This document shows, one piece after another, positions 36,984 through 50,552 of a DNA stretch of 64,000 bases. Made by a program: the position numbers and the translations under genes. The notes below the pieces were generated by a model, which was not told the DNA's origin, did not search any database, and was given only the letters and a program-made list of their open reading frames with translations. Numbering within the stretch: position 1 is the stretch's first letter; each line of letters opens with the position of its first letter. The stretch spans positions 159,650,001-159,714,000 of the forward strand of contig NC_042999.1 in assembly GCF_006345805.1 (NCBI RefSeq), in the 5' to 3' direction. Source of the DNA: Octopus sinensis (Eukaryota).

Positions 36984-37684
36984 TTCATTCTTTTCTATGG
37001 ATTACGGTCGAAATCCTTAGTTTCATTTCAGATCTTAAATCATGATTATTTCTGATCTTCCCAATAACGATCCCATTTTCACGGAGATATTGCTTATTTT
37101 GTCTTCAATGTGTGAGTGACACGCAGAATTCTGATAAATACTGTTTCATTGAAATAAAGTTTATTTTACTTTTGTTTCTTTTCAAGAATTTTGAGTATCT
37201 TTTCGTATTTTACCTTACACCTTGTGATGTAATTGAAAACTCTGGTTCCACTGTGCAGGCTGTTGGCGTTTTATTTTAATTTTTGGTAAACTCCTTAGCA
37301 TCTTACTATGAAGAAATATAGGGCAAGAATGACCTCGGTTTTATTTCAGATGATAGCGGTTGCAACTGTAAAGTTGTGCTTTCCAGCTGCTGTCAAATAT
37401 GCTTTGTCTTGGGAATGTGGGGAAATTATTCTCAAAATACTATTGCAAATTATTTTTAACTCTTTGGAAAGGGTTTTATATAGAGTTAAACGAGTGCTCA
37501 CTGGAAGGGGTGGTGGCGTTGTGTTTTGTTGGGGGTTTTTTTGTCGTAAAATTCATGCCAACATATTCATGTGCAAGCTAACTGCACTCGATTAGAAAAT
37601 GGTCAATATTTTCATCCTTTTTTTGCCACACACTTTACATTTTATTTTGATTTTTGTTACACGCCTTAGTATCTTACCTATTTC

Positions 37685-37870
37685 TAAACACAGAGAGGAC
37701 AAACAAGGACAGACACACGGATTAAGTCGATTATATCGATCCCAGTGCGTAACTGGTACTTATTTAATCGACCCCGAAAGGATGAAAGGTAAAGTCAACC
37801 TCGGCAGAATTTGAACTCATAACGTAACGGCTGACGAAATACGGCTACGCATTTCGCCCGGCGTGCTAAT
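37685..37870 (-). mobile_element. Family B SINE
   Basis: Reverse complement of the Nin/Deu core. Confidence 0.85.
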
Positions 37871-38548
37871 TGCTGCTAGAACTGTAAAGGAAGAGCCATT
37901 GATGGTCTTTGGCATGTGAGTGTTTGTGCTTTCCAACTACCGTCAAATACGCTCTGTTTCGGAAAATTGGGAAAATTATTCTCAAAATTATTGCAATTTA
38001 CTTTAAACTCTTTAGAAATGGTTTTATATAGCGTTAAACAAGTGTTGCCTGGAGGTAGAGGCGGTGTTTTGGTTGGTGGTAAAATTCGTGATAAGAGTTG
38101 TGAAACTGGTGATTTGCTTATCGCACGCTTCACAACGGTTTCAGCTGAATTTTGATATCTTCTGAAAATTGACCGAAATACGTTTAATGCGACGACAAGT
38201 GCTTATTGTCAAAGTCGCTTATCTGTAAACTGATTAGCATTTGAAAGGATTTCATTCCACTCAATCTTCATATAGTTTCTAAAACTATTTCACTGACTTT
38301 TCTGATAACAACGGAATAAACGTTGATTTAAATGTAAAGACCATGTGAAGTGAACAGAATACTTACATATTAACTCATCTATTTTTCACTACGATTAGGG
38401 TTAAAAGCGCTTTGTAATTTTGTTGGAGGCAATATTGGTCATTAAAGCGGAATTCTATACAACGTAAAAAATTTAGGATGTAAAAGTCTATATGATGTAT
38501 AAAAACGGTTATATGTTGTAAAGACCATATGATTTTAAAATATGTATA

Positions 38549-38945
38549 TCTTTATATATAAAACTGAAGTTGTGTGTCTGTCTCCTACGATTTAGATTCC
38601 TAACTACTCCCACATTTTGCGGTGCAGTGTAACCAAAACCGGGTATCTTATAGTCGTGATTCATATCGAGCCCTTCTGGGTATTAGCGCGTCTACGATGA
38701 GTCTACGATTTTTAAAAACTTTACCATCAGTTTTTTCCATTTTAATGCATTTTTTTCGCTATTATATAAGGGAAGTAACTCTCTAAAAATGTCTACGATG
38801 AGTCAACGATTTAAAAAAAAAATTTACCATCATTTGTTTTCCATTTTTAATGCATTTTTTTGCTATTTTTTTGCTATAACCCTCTAAAAATGCTTATATA
38901 GTTATTTCCCTTACAAATCCGAGCAACGCCGGGCGATGCTGCTAG
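38549..38945 (+). mobile_element. Non-autonomous Helitron
   Basis: a|TC...hairpin...CTAG|t; homologous to 24729-25130. Confidence 0.9.
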
Positions 38946-39202
38946 TTCCATATAATTCTGTTTAAATAAGTGTGAATTGTCTATGGATGCCCGTTTTATA
39001 TTCAGAAATTACAAATCGTACACCATCAATGTTATATTTATATCATTATTCGCAACCTCCCAGGGAAGATTATACAATTTATATGGAGAAAAAAAAACTT
39101 TTTTCTCAAACCACATACTACTTTCTGTCAAGAAAGAATACGTAGGAACACAAATGTTAAGCAGAGTAATTTGCAATCAATCTTTCTCTATCTCCTTCCG
39201 GT

Positions 39203-39535
39203 CGCTACATAGACAACTGTATAGGTGCAACCTCCCTCCCCCATGAACAATTCTACCACTTCATATCTTTCCTCTCTAACTTCCACCCTTCTCCCCAATT
39301 CACTTCTACTATCTCTGACACCTCTGTTAACCTCCTCGACATCTCTCTTACCATTGACCACCCCTTCCACCCTCTCACCACCTTCACCTTCTTCAAACCC
39401 ACAGATTCCCACCTCTACCTCAACTTCTCCTCCTCCCATCCCTTCCACATTAAACGGGCCTTCCTCTACTCCCAGTTCCTCCGCCTTCGACGCTTGTACA
39501 GCCGTGACCAGGATTTTGAGACCCACAGTATCGAA
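39203..39535 (+). pseudogene. Penelope-like RT fragment (second family), in a frame absent from the ORF track
   Basis: My translation from 39203: RYIDNCIG..FLSNFHPSPQFT..SVNLLDISL..FKPTDSHLYLNFSSSHPFHIKRAFLYSQFLRLRRLYS. Confidence 0.85.
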
Positions 39536-39724
39536 ACCCTTAGGGGTTAGCCACATTTAAGTGTCAAATATGCTTCACGATGTCGGGCAGCTATTGTTTA
39601 TACCTTGCTCAGAAATTTATTATTGCTTGTTTACACTTTTTCGATATCAGTGACTTTTCGTCACTGGAAAAAAGATATATATTTGCAAAGGGAGGCCTAC
39701 TTTTCATCGACAACCACTGATTGT

Positions 39725-39769
39725 CACACGCTGATGACGGGTCAATACCCAGAAACTCGAGTGCGTGTG
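39725..39769 (+). ncRNA. Degenerate minimal hammerhead ribozyme (third family)
   Basis: cacacg-CUGAUGA-c-gggt/accc-a-GAA-ACUCGAGU-G-cgtgtg; 6-bp stem I perfect, 8-nt palindrome; C.A mismatch at the base of stem II and G at position 17. Confidence 0.65.
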
Positions 39770-39973
39770 TATCATAGGTTGCAGACGGGAAGGATGGCTT
39801 CCCTTTGCAAATACTGATAGGGAACAGAAAATGTCTCAATAGCCAGCAGGAGGAGGTGTCCTCCTGGGGCTACAAGCTACAGTAGCATCCACCCTTAAGG
39901 GTTAGCCACATTTAAGTGGCAAATGTACCTCACGATGTCGTGCAGCTACTGTTTATACCTCACTCAGAGATTT

Positions 39974-40010
<37 letters not shown>

Positions 40011-40014
40011 GACC

Positions 40015-40328
40015 CCTTTCGGTCATGAATGTCCATGGGATTGCACCTACAAAGTTACCCTCCGAGCACAAGTCCGAGCAAGGTTGCTTATGGCAGACCA
40101 GCAGTCACACATGCATAACAGCCTCCTCTCTCCACGCCACCGACATTATCCAAAAGCCGATACAGCTTGGCACCTGTGACGTCGCAACTCATTTCTACAG
40201 CTGAGTGAACTGAAGCAACGTGAAATAAAGTGTCTTGCTCAAGAACACAACACGCAGCCCGGTCCAGAAATCGAACTCGCAACCTCACAATCGCAAGCTT
40301 GACGCTCTAACTACCGAGCCATGCGCCT

Positions 40329-40330
<2 letters not shown>
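40015..40330 (-). mobile_element. CORE-containing tRNA SINE (family F) with probable RTE-like tail
   Basis: Minus strand ggcgcatggctcggtagttagagcg..ttcgatttc..tgtgttcttgagcaagacacttt..gttcactcagctgtagaaatgag. Confidence 0.75.
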
Positions 40331-40373
<43 letters not shown>

Positions 40374-40584
40374 AATGTCTATATATATATACATATAATT
40401 CTATGTGCACATACGTACAGATATGTGTGTGTAACTGAAGTAGTGTCAAGTTAGACCAGGCATCTATGTATCATACATAATGCACATACACTGTTGACAG
40501 GCAAGTCAGTGCGGTTTTTGACCAAGATAAAAATCTCTTATGAACATGCTATGTTTAGAAACAACATACACACACACGCACACA

Positions 40585-40633
<49 letters not shown>

Positions 40634-41013
40634 TTATCAGTGGAAGACGTAAAATTGTCTCGGCAGTAGCTAGCGAGACGTAATTAGGCCTTCTTGGGAC
40701 TTGTCAATGCCGCGCACCCTCAACCCGGCCACACGTCTAAACAAGATCTGTCACCTCTGATACGAGAAACATGGACTAATACATTCACTGTTATTGCGAA
40801 TAGCCTTCAGGCTGAATAAATAATCCGGTGTACATAATTCAAGCTGCGAGTACACCGAGATGCATTTGGTATTTTTAGCATGCAGTTGCCATGACAATTT
40901 ATTGTCTCCCTCCGATGTATGTTGTGTGCTTTTAAACACACCATGTATCGAAAGATATTTTCTCTGACGAAAACTGCACTAACTTGCCAGTCAAAGGTAT
41001 CTAAACATGAAGT

Positions 41014-41810
41014 ATGATACATACATACATACATACATACATACATACATACATACATACGTACATATATTTATACGTACATACATACATACATACATAC
41101 ATACATTCATGCATACATACATACATACATACATACATACATACATACATACATACATACATACATACGTGCAGACATACATACATACATGCATGCAGAC
41201 ATACATACATACATACATACATACATACATACATACATACATACATGCAGACATACATACATACATACACATACATACATACGTGCAGACATACATACAT
41301 ACATACATTCATACATACATACATACATACATACATACATACATACATACATACATACATACATACATACATGCAGACATACATACATACACATACATAC
41401 ATACGTGCAGACATACATACATACATACATACATACATTCATACATACATACATACATACATACATACTACATACATACATACATACATACATACATACA
41501 TACATACATACATACGTGCAGACATACATACATACATGCATGCAGACATACATACATACATACATACATACATACATGCAGACATACATACATACATACA
41601 CATACATACATACGTGCAGACATACATACATACATTCATACATACATACATACATACATACATACATACATACATACATACATACATACATACATACATA
41701 CATACATACATACATGCAGACATACATACATACACATACATACATACGTGCAGACATACATACATACATACATACATACATACATACATACATACACGCA
41801 TACATACATG
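41014..41810. repeat. (ATAC)n array with recurring gtgcag/atgcag variants
   Basis: Direct inspection. Confidence 0.95.
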
Positions 41811-42519
41811 TTATGTAAGTGTTGTGTGAATAACATCAAATGCAGATATGATTCGATCAAAAGCAAATCATGTTTTATTAAAACAAGGTATCTGTATAAG
41901 AAATCTCCAGGTTTAGCGTCGGAAATGGTATTTTCCTCGAAATATAAAGCATTAATTTTCGTATTAAATAACAATAAAATGCATATTATTTAAGACAGTA
42001 TGCGACAATTTCTCAATTAAAAGTTGATTATTTCTGTCTCAAGCAACATAAAGTTGGTAGTCTTTAACAAAACAAAATATCAAAAATAGTTGTTATTTTG
42101 CTTTAAATTATTGGTTATCGTAACTACACATTAAATTTAGCAACACGTTGCAATAATCACTGAAGTTGTTTAAAGGATGCGTTTTCTTAATACTCAAGAA
42201 CACGACACCAAAAAAATATGTGGAAAGCTGACGCTAAGATTTCTAAAAGTTATTTATCCCCCCAAAAGTGTGCATTTTAAATGATTTTGGCATACATCAT
42301 GTTGTGGTTATTTCTGTATTACAATTAGATTTAACGGAGAATTTCCAATGTTTTAAGAATGGAACAAAAGAAGTATTTAAAATATGTCTGGATTTTATTT
42401 CTATCAAGTGGGATATTTATTTATTGGGATATATTTATTTCTATCAGAAGGGATATTAAAATTAAAGGATATACAAAAGCTATTAAACACTGATTTTCTT
42501 AGTAGATATACTATTTAGA

Positions 42520-43510
42520 GGTTTGGCGACAACTTTTCTCCAATCTCATGTCTTAGGATTCTTACCGCATACGGGTTGGCAGATTTTGCAAGTTGAAAAT
42601 ATATGCCTCCGTTTCAGCATCCTTCACATCTTATGTAGCATTACACCAATTACCACAGAAACAATTGTTATATTTCTCAATTTTCTCAATTTTCTCAATT
42701 TCTTTCATAGCTACCCTATAACCATAAACGGTTTCCTTCTTCCAATAGTATGGCTAGTCTTATGGAAATCAGATAAAATTTTGTACTTATTATTCTCTGT
42801 CTCTGCCTCTGTTTCATGTTCACACCACTTCCACATCACCACTAACTTTGTTAGAATCCCATTGCACACTTTTATCTATAGAAGATCTGAGCTTAAACTC
42901 TTTCTGTACTGGATTACTGCATTCGCTTAAGAGATGGTTGATATTCTCGTCTCCTTTTCCACAGATTCTAAGCTTGTTCTGTTAAATTCGTTCTAACAGC
43001 TTGTTTATGAGCAGCTATAATTAGCGGTTCGGTTTTTCCTTTCAGGTTTCCACGGTCAGTCACAACCAGAGTTCTTTACTGCCAACATTTTCAGTTTGCA
43101 GCATGAATCGGCTCCTGTTTGAAGCATTTTGTTCGTTGGCTTTTTCCTATTGAACACTTTGGTTGTTATAGTGACTTTTTGGACATTTGTGGTTGCAGTT
43201 TTCTGGGGTTTTTTTCACTATGCACAATGCTGTACTGATGATGTCTTCTGCGTTTAACAAACCTCTGCCTCCTTCTTTTCCTGATCAGTATAGCATGTCG
43301 ATATTACTTTTAAGATGATGCTTTTTATGCATTGTGAATATGTTCCTCGCTCATCTATTGAATTTATATAGCTCTGGCTTAGTCCACTTCAGAAAAAGAG
43401 CAGAATATCTCATCATTAGCAATGGCACACATTTTAATTGCCTTCATTATACTCCTTCTGTCTAGTTTTCTTTTGAAGGCCTCCCCAATCCTTAACTTAT
43501 ACTCTTTGGA
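42520..43510 (-). pseudogene. R4/Dong-like (restriction-like endonuclease) non-LTR 3' fragment, decayed
   Basis: KEGGRGLL, GNLKGKTEPLIIAA, CGKGDENINHLLSEC, KIL.DF, SVVIG. Confidence 0.72.
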
Positions 43511-43550
43511 AACTTTCTCATTTCTCTTCCAACATTACTTCTATTATCAT

Positions 43551-43582
<32 letters not shown>

Positions 43583-43815
43583 AAGCGGCGAGCTGGCAGA
43601 ATCGTTACCGCACGGACGATATGCTTGGTAGTATTTCTTCCGGTTTTACACTCTGAGCTCAAATGTCACTGCAGTCGATTTTTCTTTTCATCCTTTCGGG
43701 ATCGAAATGACAAGTGCCAGCTGAGCAATGGGATCGATGTAATTGACTAAGCCCCTACCCACAAATTTCAGGCTTTTGCTTATTATTATTTTTATTATTA
43801 TTATTATTATTATTG

Positions 43816-44300
43816 AGTGAGAGAGCAGTGCATGCCATCAAAGTGACACTGGGGTAAAATATACGAAACCCAGTATACCCATCATGACTACCCGTCTGAT
43901 AAGGGTACACCAGGCACATGCATCACAACCATATGTGCGCGACATGGTGATCTCATATCAAGATAAACAGCACATGACCTTGCAGGTGGGGCCCAGTTAG
44001 AATTTTCTTCAGGTTGAGTAGCCCATCCCGCTCAAACGGTCCCTGAATAAGGGTTGTTTAAGGATGTTGAAAGAACCACGCATGTTTCCAGAGGTGAATT
44101 ATTCAAACCCCAAAGAATCCCTCTCAACACATGGCTATGATGCTCCCCCACTACTTCTGCTCGTGATCAGAGATGCACATATCGTCAGCCACTAAGGGAC
44201 ATGCTCAACTGGTTAAGGTCAAACAACTGACAAGCAAATCTGTGGTATTGAGCAGAATATTTGCTGTAGCCCATCTTTTATACCAAGACAAAACACAAAA
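43816..44300 (-). mobile_element. Family D retroposon copy
   Basis: Reverse complement of ~9990-10483; (ATT)n at both ends. Confidence 0.75.
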
Positions 44301-44334
44301 CAAAACAATTATTATTATTATTATTATTATTATT

Positions 44335-44550
44335 ATGGCGGTAAGCTGGAAGAATCGTTAGCATGCTGGACGAAAAACTTAGCAGTATTTCGCCCGTCGC
44401 TACGTTCTGAGTTCAAATTCGACCGATTTCGACTTTGACTTTCATCCTTTCGAGATCGATAAAATAAGTACCAGTAAAACACTGGGGTTGATGTAATCGT
44501 CTAGTCCCGTCCCCCACAAATTTCATGCCTTGTATCTTTAGTAGAAAGGA
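44335..44550 (+). mobile_element. Family B SINE (older copies also at ~43583-43780)
   Basis: Nin/Deu core. Confidence 0.75.
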
Positions 44551-45144
44551 TTATTATCTTTATTATTATTAATGTTCTGAGGCAGTCGAATTCCCCATTT
44601 GACTCTCTCATACCGTAGATTGTTACCAGATTAAACGATGCTAAATAAAATTAAAGTATAATTTTTGATCAGAGAAATTAAGAATTTAACTATTCACATT
44701 AAATCTACTCCATTTGCAGAAAAACTGTTTATTAGGGAAGAAACCTCTTTTTCTCTACCATTCTATGAATAAACATTCAAAATCCCTACAGTGTTTAGAT
44801 ATGCTTCCACAAGATGTAGCAGCAACATCCGCAACAAAAAAAGGCAAAAACTTTTTGAGATTATAACTTGAATATGTGCAGAAAGATTTCGTGGTTATGC
44901 GCGCTTTCGGGGCAGGCCCTTCTGACGGTACTTCCTTGCTTGTGGTAGATTTAACTCAAACTGGTTGCGCACTTTGGTAGCACTACCAAGTCAGGGGGCT
45001 TCTTAAAATTATCCATAGCATATCCCGATCAAAATTTCCCCACACACAGGTACAAGCGCGCGCACTCGAACAGAGTAGCCAATTCGTTTCTTTCTTTCCT
45101 TTCCTTTTTTTTTTCTTGTCAAACTCTCCTCGAAAACGTTGTCA

Positions 45145-45545
45145 CTTTTCTCCGCCATTAAATTGATAAAGTGGAACATCCACCGATCCCAACAGATGTA
45201 GGGCGGTAAGCAAGTGGCAACATTCTATATGCCAGGTACTCTGCCTCTGTCTTTTCTTCATCCAGAACCGTAGCTCCGTCAAGCAAATGAACTGCGGAAA
45301 GACGTACCTCATGAAAGGTGCCGATGCAGGTGACACAACCTCAGCGCTTGTCCGTGCATCAAGCCGCTGCGCAGAGGATGCTGCAACAAGGCAAAAACGC
45401 ATTCCTTCGACAAGAAATTAAATAACTGACGCTCCAATTTTATTAGGCGGCAGCTGAGGTAATGCACAGCGGTCAGGCAGTGACAGCGGTCACCTCTACC
45501 CGATCTTTCAAGTACAGCCTTCTCTCGGGCCATTTTTCTAAGTTT
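45145..45545 (-). pseudogene. Tx1/L1-clade LINE internal fragment (post-RT region)
   Basis: LIKLERQLFNFL..QHPLRSGL..ALRLCHL..WHIEC..LTAL. Confidence 0.65.
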
Positions 45546-46385
45546 CCATGTTTGTCACCTTGAGGTGGTGATGCTGTTGATTTTGTTCAGGAATCTGTAT
45601 CTGTGGCTGTTTCTATTCGAATTGTTTTCAGGTTGTGTTCCCCTACTCCATTTTGTTGTCATTCTCATAACATCATTATCAAATTCAGGTCCCGTGTCTG
45701 GAACGATGGTTGAATTTTCTTAGATAAAAATCTCTCATTTCTTCTACTATACTCTTTCTCACTCTCTCACTCTTAGTCTGTAGGTGTCGAACTTTATTAT
45801 TTCATTGCTTGTTGCCGTCTTTGCCAGATAGTAAAAGCCAACGTTTTTCTCATTACTTCAGATTCACTGATCTGATATTTTTGACAGAACATAAATCAAA
45901 TGACATAATTTTCATATTCACATTGGACTACAAATGATTAATGAATGAATGTTAACTTCACTAACTCCAAGTCAAGTCTGCCAAGAATTTTTTTTATCCC
46001 CAAATGGTTATAATACAATTCAAATCCTTTGCGACATATGTATGTGTGTCTGTTTGTGTGAGTTTATTTAGTTTTTCATATATTGCGTAAAAGTAAATTA
46101 TGCGTATACGAACAAATACACATATAAATCTTTGTATATTCATACTCGTGTTCATAATCACATTAATATAGTTGCGATCTGGCATGTGTATGTATACTCA
46201 CAAAATCAAAAACACACATATGTGTTCATATTTTCAGTTATATACACACACCTGTACATGTGTATGTATAAATATATATTAATTACTATGTGTGTGTGCG
46301 TGTGTGTGTGTATAATCAAGATACTAAACAGTACACGGCATTACTAGAAATAGTAGTCAAACGACTCAAGAACCACAGTTATATA

Positions 46386-46751
46386 CACACTGGTGAATTC
46401 GAGGAAAACGAGAATATAATACGCCATCTTACCAATAGCGAGTAAAATTCGCAAATGAGTTGCAGAAGTACTCATATCACGTGATTTCGAACCCTGTGAT
46501 AAACACTTAGTCTTTGTCAGTGAGTATTCCTGCCGAGGGCTAAAATACTCGCGTCACCATGTATGTATTGACCATATAAACGCAGCGGCAATTTCAAAAT
46601 GATCGAAATGAATAAAATTATAAAAATATATAAAGATATTATTAGTCAGAAATCACGTGATATGAGAACGTTTGCAACTCATCTGCGATTTTTACTCGCT
46701 ATTGGTAACATGGTTTTTTATATACTCGTTTTCCTCAAATTCCCCAGTGTG
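46386..46751. mobile_element. Fold-back MITE with ~105-bp TIRs
   Basis: ta|cacactggtgaattcgaggaaaacgag... and ...ctcgttttcctcaaattccccagtgtg|ta. Confidence 0.82.
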
Positions 46752-47139
46752 TATATAAGTCATTTACTGTGGTTCTTGGGCCGTTTGACTCCAGTTTCTA
46801 GCAATGCTGTGTACTCTAGTACCTTGATTATAAATTAATAATTTTAACTTTTTGGTTATTTTATGCTTATATACACTCACACACATATATATATATATAT
46901 GGAGAGAGAGAGAGAGGGGGGGAAGAGAGAGGGTATATATACATGTGTATGTATGTATAATCTATCTATATATGTGTGTGTGTATTTATGTGGATGTAAT
47001 TGTTAAGTTTATTTCAAGAACAATGATGTATGTAGGTAGGTATGTATGTGTGTATATGTGCAGATTTGTATATGTTTTGCTTTATCTATGTATTCTCATG
47101 CCTATAGTTGCATATCTAGACACGCTCATATATATTTAA

Positions 47140-47735
47140 ATGATAAACTTCTGGAAAGTTTTACAGATTTTTATAGTTCCAGTGATGAATTGGAGCCGTA
47201 GTCTTCAAGTCAACTTTCTCCTTTCTGGTTTTGAGAAGCCTAATTTCTCAAGATTGGTATCTAGGCAGTGTGTTACATATCACGTGGCTCCAATAATTAC
47301 AGGTATAAACCTGAACTTGTAATCTGGAAAGAGTAACTGTAGATTTCCCAAGGCATTCTCTTTTTCACTGATCTTCAGCTTTATGTTAACATCCGCTGGC
47401 CAGCTAATTTACACAACTGTACACAGTTTCTCTTCTCTATCTCAAATCATTATATCAGGTCTGTTGTGCTTATATTTTATTGAGGTTTACACTAGGGCAT
47501 TCCACCATTACACCATTTCATTATGAGTGACCATGGATTCTACCATACTGTGGGTTCTTATTTCTTTGTCCTCAGGGTTATCCTTCCGACGGATTTCATT
47601 ATAGAGTATCCTAGCTACAACATCATGTCTCATCGGCAGACAATACCGTGATGACGTTTTCGGACAACTGCTTATGATGTGGGTGATATCTTCGCTGTTA
47701 ACTCCACAAATTCTACATCGGTTGTCAAATTTTAT
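47140..47735 (-). pseudogene. R4/Dong-like non-LTR 3' fragment
   Basis: CRICGVNSEDITHIISSCP..RHD, WWN, HNRPDIMI, FIPVIIGA. Confidence 0.8.
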
Positions 47736-48008
47736 TGCATCTCAATCCCTTGTATGTATGTATGTATATTTGTATGTATGTATGTACTTGAGGTGCAAAA
47801 GAACATATAGATAGAAGGTACATACTATAAGTTCTCCGACAAAAACAAATGTTTCAATTTCAATGTCAAGTGCAGGGATGCGGGATCCGCAGAAACAAGA
47901 GTTGACTCAGTAATGTAGTATTCTAGCTGTTTTATAAATAGGCATAATGCACAGGCCTACTTCTAATTTTCCCCTATCTCAGAAGCAGAAGTAAAGTACT
48001 AAATGAGG

Positions 48009-48310
48009 CAAGAAAATGCTAAAATAAATTTTAAAAACATTTCAAAGTCTAAATGACTGAAACCGGTACTCTTTTACTCTTTTACTTGTTTCAGTCATTT
48101 GACTGCGGCTATGCTGGAGCACCGCCTTTTGATGAAAGGCAAAGTCGACCCCGGCAGAATTTGAACTCAGAACGTGAGGACAGACGAAATGCCGTTGAGC
48201 ATTTCGCCCGGCGTGTTAACGTTTCTGCCAGTTCGCCGCCTCCGTACTGAAATATTTTTTATAAAATTATTTTAGTATTTTCTATCTTGACTTTTTTCCA
48301 TATCTATATC
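48009..48310 (+). mobile_element. Remnant of the Penelope 3' terminus split by SINE C and SINE B fragments (48071-48243, minus)
   Basis: aaatgactgaaaccggtact and gtactgaaat..ataaaattattttagtattttctatcttgact resemble 4414-4495. Confidence 0.6.
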
Positions 48311-48367
48311 CATATATATATATATATATATATGCACAGACAGAGAGAGATAGAGAATAGAGAGAGA

Positions 48368-49540
48368 GGGGGTGCGATGTAAATTGTCGCCATTTTATTT
48401 TTTCACGCGTGCGCATTGGTTTTTCATTTTCTCGACTTCCAGAAATTTGGAAATGACATGCTGTACAGTTTGGCATTCGCGTTGGAAGCTCCAATACGAA
48501 CATTTCAGAGTGTTTGGGTGTCATCTAAGGACACTGCAGAGAATTCGAAAGAGTTTGATAAGTCTAATGATGATTACGAAGGTGCGGCAGCTCTGAAAAC
48601 TCCCTCAGATCGTTCTGATAAGAAAAGAACTCCTGAATTTGTTGGTGAGATCCAGACCATGATTGACAACGCTCCCTCCAAGTCACTTAAGTTCATCGCC
48701 AGGCACATTGGGGTGTCTGAGTTTCTTACCAGGCGGGAAGTGCATGAAGACATTCGGTATTCCTCATACAAGATGAGAAAGGATCAATTTTTATTCCAAT
48801 CCATCAACGACAAGAGGAAAGACCGCTGCTACGAAGCTTTTGAACAAACTCAAGCTTCCCCTCCAACTAAACATGCTTTGATTTTTCTCAGACGAGAAAA
48901 ATTTCTGCCAGGATCAGATGGGGAACACACAGAACAACCGTTGGCTACCCGTGTCCCCAAAACATGTACCGAGAATCTTAAAAATGAAACATCCAGTCAA
49001 CATCATAATGTTTGGAGTGATCACTAATGATGGCGGCGTTATGCCTCCATTCGTCTTCCTACACGGCCTCACACTCAACACGGAGGCCTACATCAAGTGC
49101 CTGGAGGAGGTAGTGCTGCCCTGGGTCAAGAGGGTAGCTGCTGGAAGACCCTATACCTAGCAACAGGGCTCTACACCATGCCAAACAAGCAGGAGAATCT
49201 AGTCATGGCTGTCAGACAATCTCTGTGACTACATCAAACCTTAACATCTGACCACCTAACTTTATGTGTGGGGCGCAGTTGAGCAAGAGACCAACAAAAC
49301 TCCTTGTAACACTAGAAATGAACTGAAGGCAAGAATTATGGCAACATTCACCAACTTAAACAAGGAGAACATTGTCTGCAGGCCGTAGTTGAAGTCAATG
49401 GAGATTTTATTGAATAAATTTACTCTTTAGTATTTCAGGATATTTTAATGTAATTTTGGTAAATATATCTGTTAAAGTGAGATGTCAGTGTTATTTTCAT
49501 TTTTGTGTAATTTAGGCGACAATTTATTCCTCGCACCCTG
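48368..49540 (+). mobile_element. Tc1/mariner maT (DD37D-like) transposon, decayed
   Basis: TIRs gggtgcg..aaattgtcgcc / ggcgacaattt..cgcaccctg|ta; RTPEFV, NTQNNRW, KHP..IMFGVITNDG, FYVWGAVE. Confidence 0.85.
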
Positions 49541-50442
49541 TATATATAGAGAGAGAGGGGGGAAGAGGGGAGGGAGAGAAAGGGTTAAATACATACATAT
49601 ATATATATATATAAACATACATGCATACATACATAAATACATAATAAATACATATATACACAGGAACACGCACGTCACACACACTTGTACATGCACAATC
49701 GCTTTGCTTCTTAAAATAATCCAATTGTTATTCCAAGAAAGTAAGAAGTGTAAAAAATGCAAAAGATGTTGTTGATACAAGAAAAGTTCAGAAATGTTCA
49801 AAGGCAAGTCAAATTGAAGCAATTTTTCTCACAAATTAATGAAAGAAAATGACTCATCATTTCAGAATACTTTGATGTAGCAAAAGTCTTTCCTTCGTGA
49901 CATATAAGCTGGTTTCTCTTCAAGCAAGTATTGATCAAGAAACACGAACACAGTGTTATAAATATTATTCCTGTCATAAGATCAATAAAATACCATACAT
50001 AACATTTATTTGTACTCTAAGGACAACGACAACTGGAAACAGCATTGAATTAATTTGCATTTTCTTTTTCTTACATTTCATGGCCTTCCATGCCATGATT
50101 CTCACCCGCATCGGATCAATGTTTACTTTCAGATATTACCCTTTCCGATGAAATGTGAGTCACAGCTGACTTAATACCCGAGAAACTGGTCCAAAGTCTA
50201 TCAATCAAAGAAGTTGTACTGCATTGCATCAATAACAAGACAAAAAAGACACTTAGATTTCATTGGCTAGACATAGGTATGGCGGTAGAGTTGTTAAGAA
50301 GATCGAATCACATCATTTTGAACTGGGGGTTCTGCTAAAAATAGCTTTCGGTCAAGTAGAGGACGCCGTATGAGCAGAATTTACTAGACGAAACTGATTT
50401 TCTGCGAAATATCTGTAGCTCAAATAGATAGATAGATAGATA

Positions 50443-50514
50443 TGTTTCTTTATTAGCCACACAGGGCTGCACACAGATAGAACAAATTACAAGGTAGAGC
50501 TTTTCTTTTGAAGG

Positions 50515-50552
<38 letters not shown>

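Noticed and set aside
40807-41993. Long ORFs such as the 328-aa YIHT repeat (also 10843-11588, 51263-51926, 61891-62846)
   Set aside because: These are translations of ATAC, GATA and TA microsatellites that lack stop codons.
50133-50154. 22-bp micro-exon (ttttcag..gtgagt context)
   Set aside because: No neighbouring exons or homology; such sites arise by chance in AT-rich DNA.
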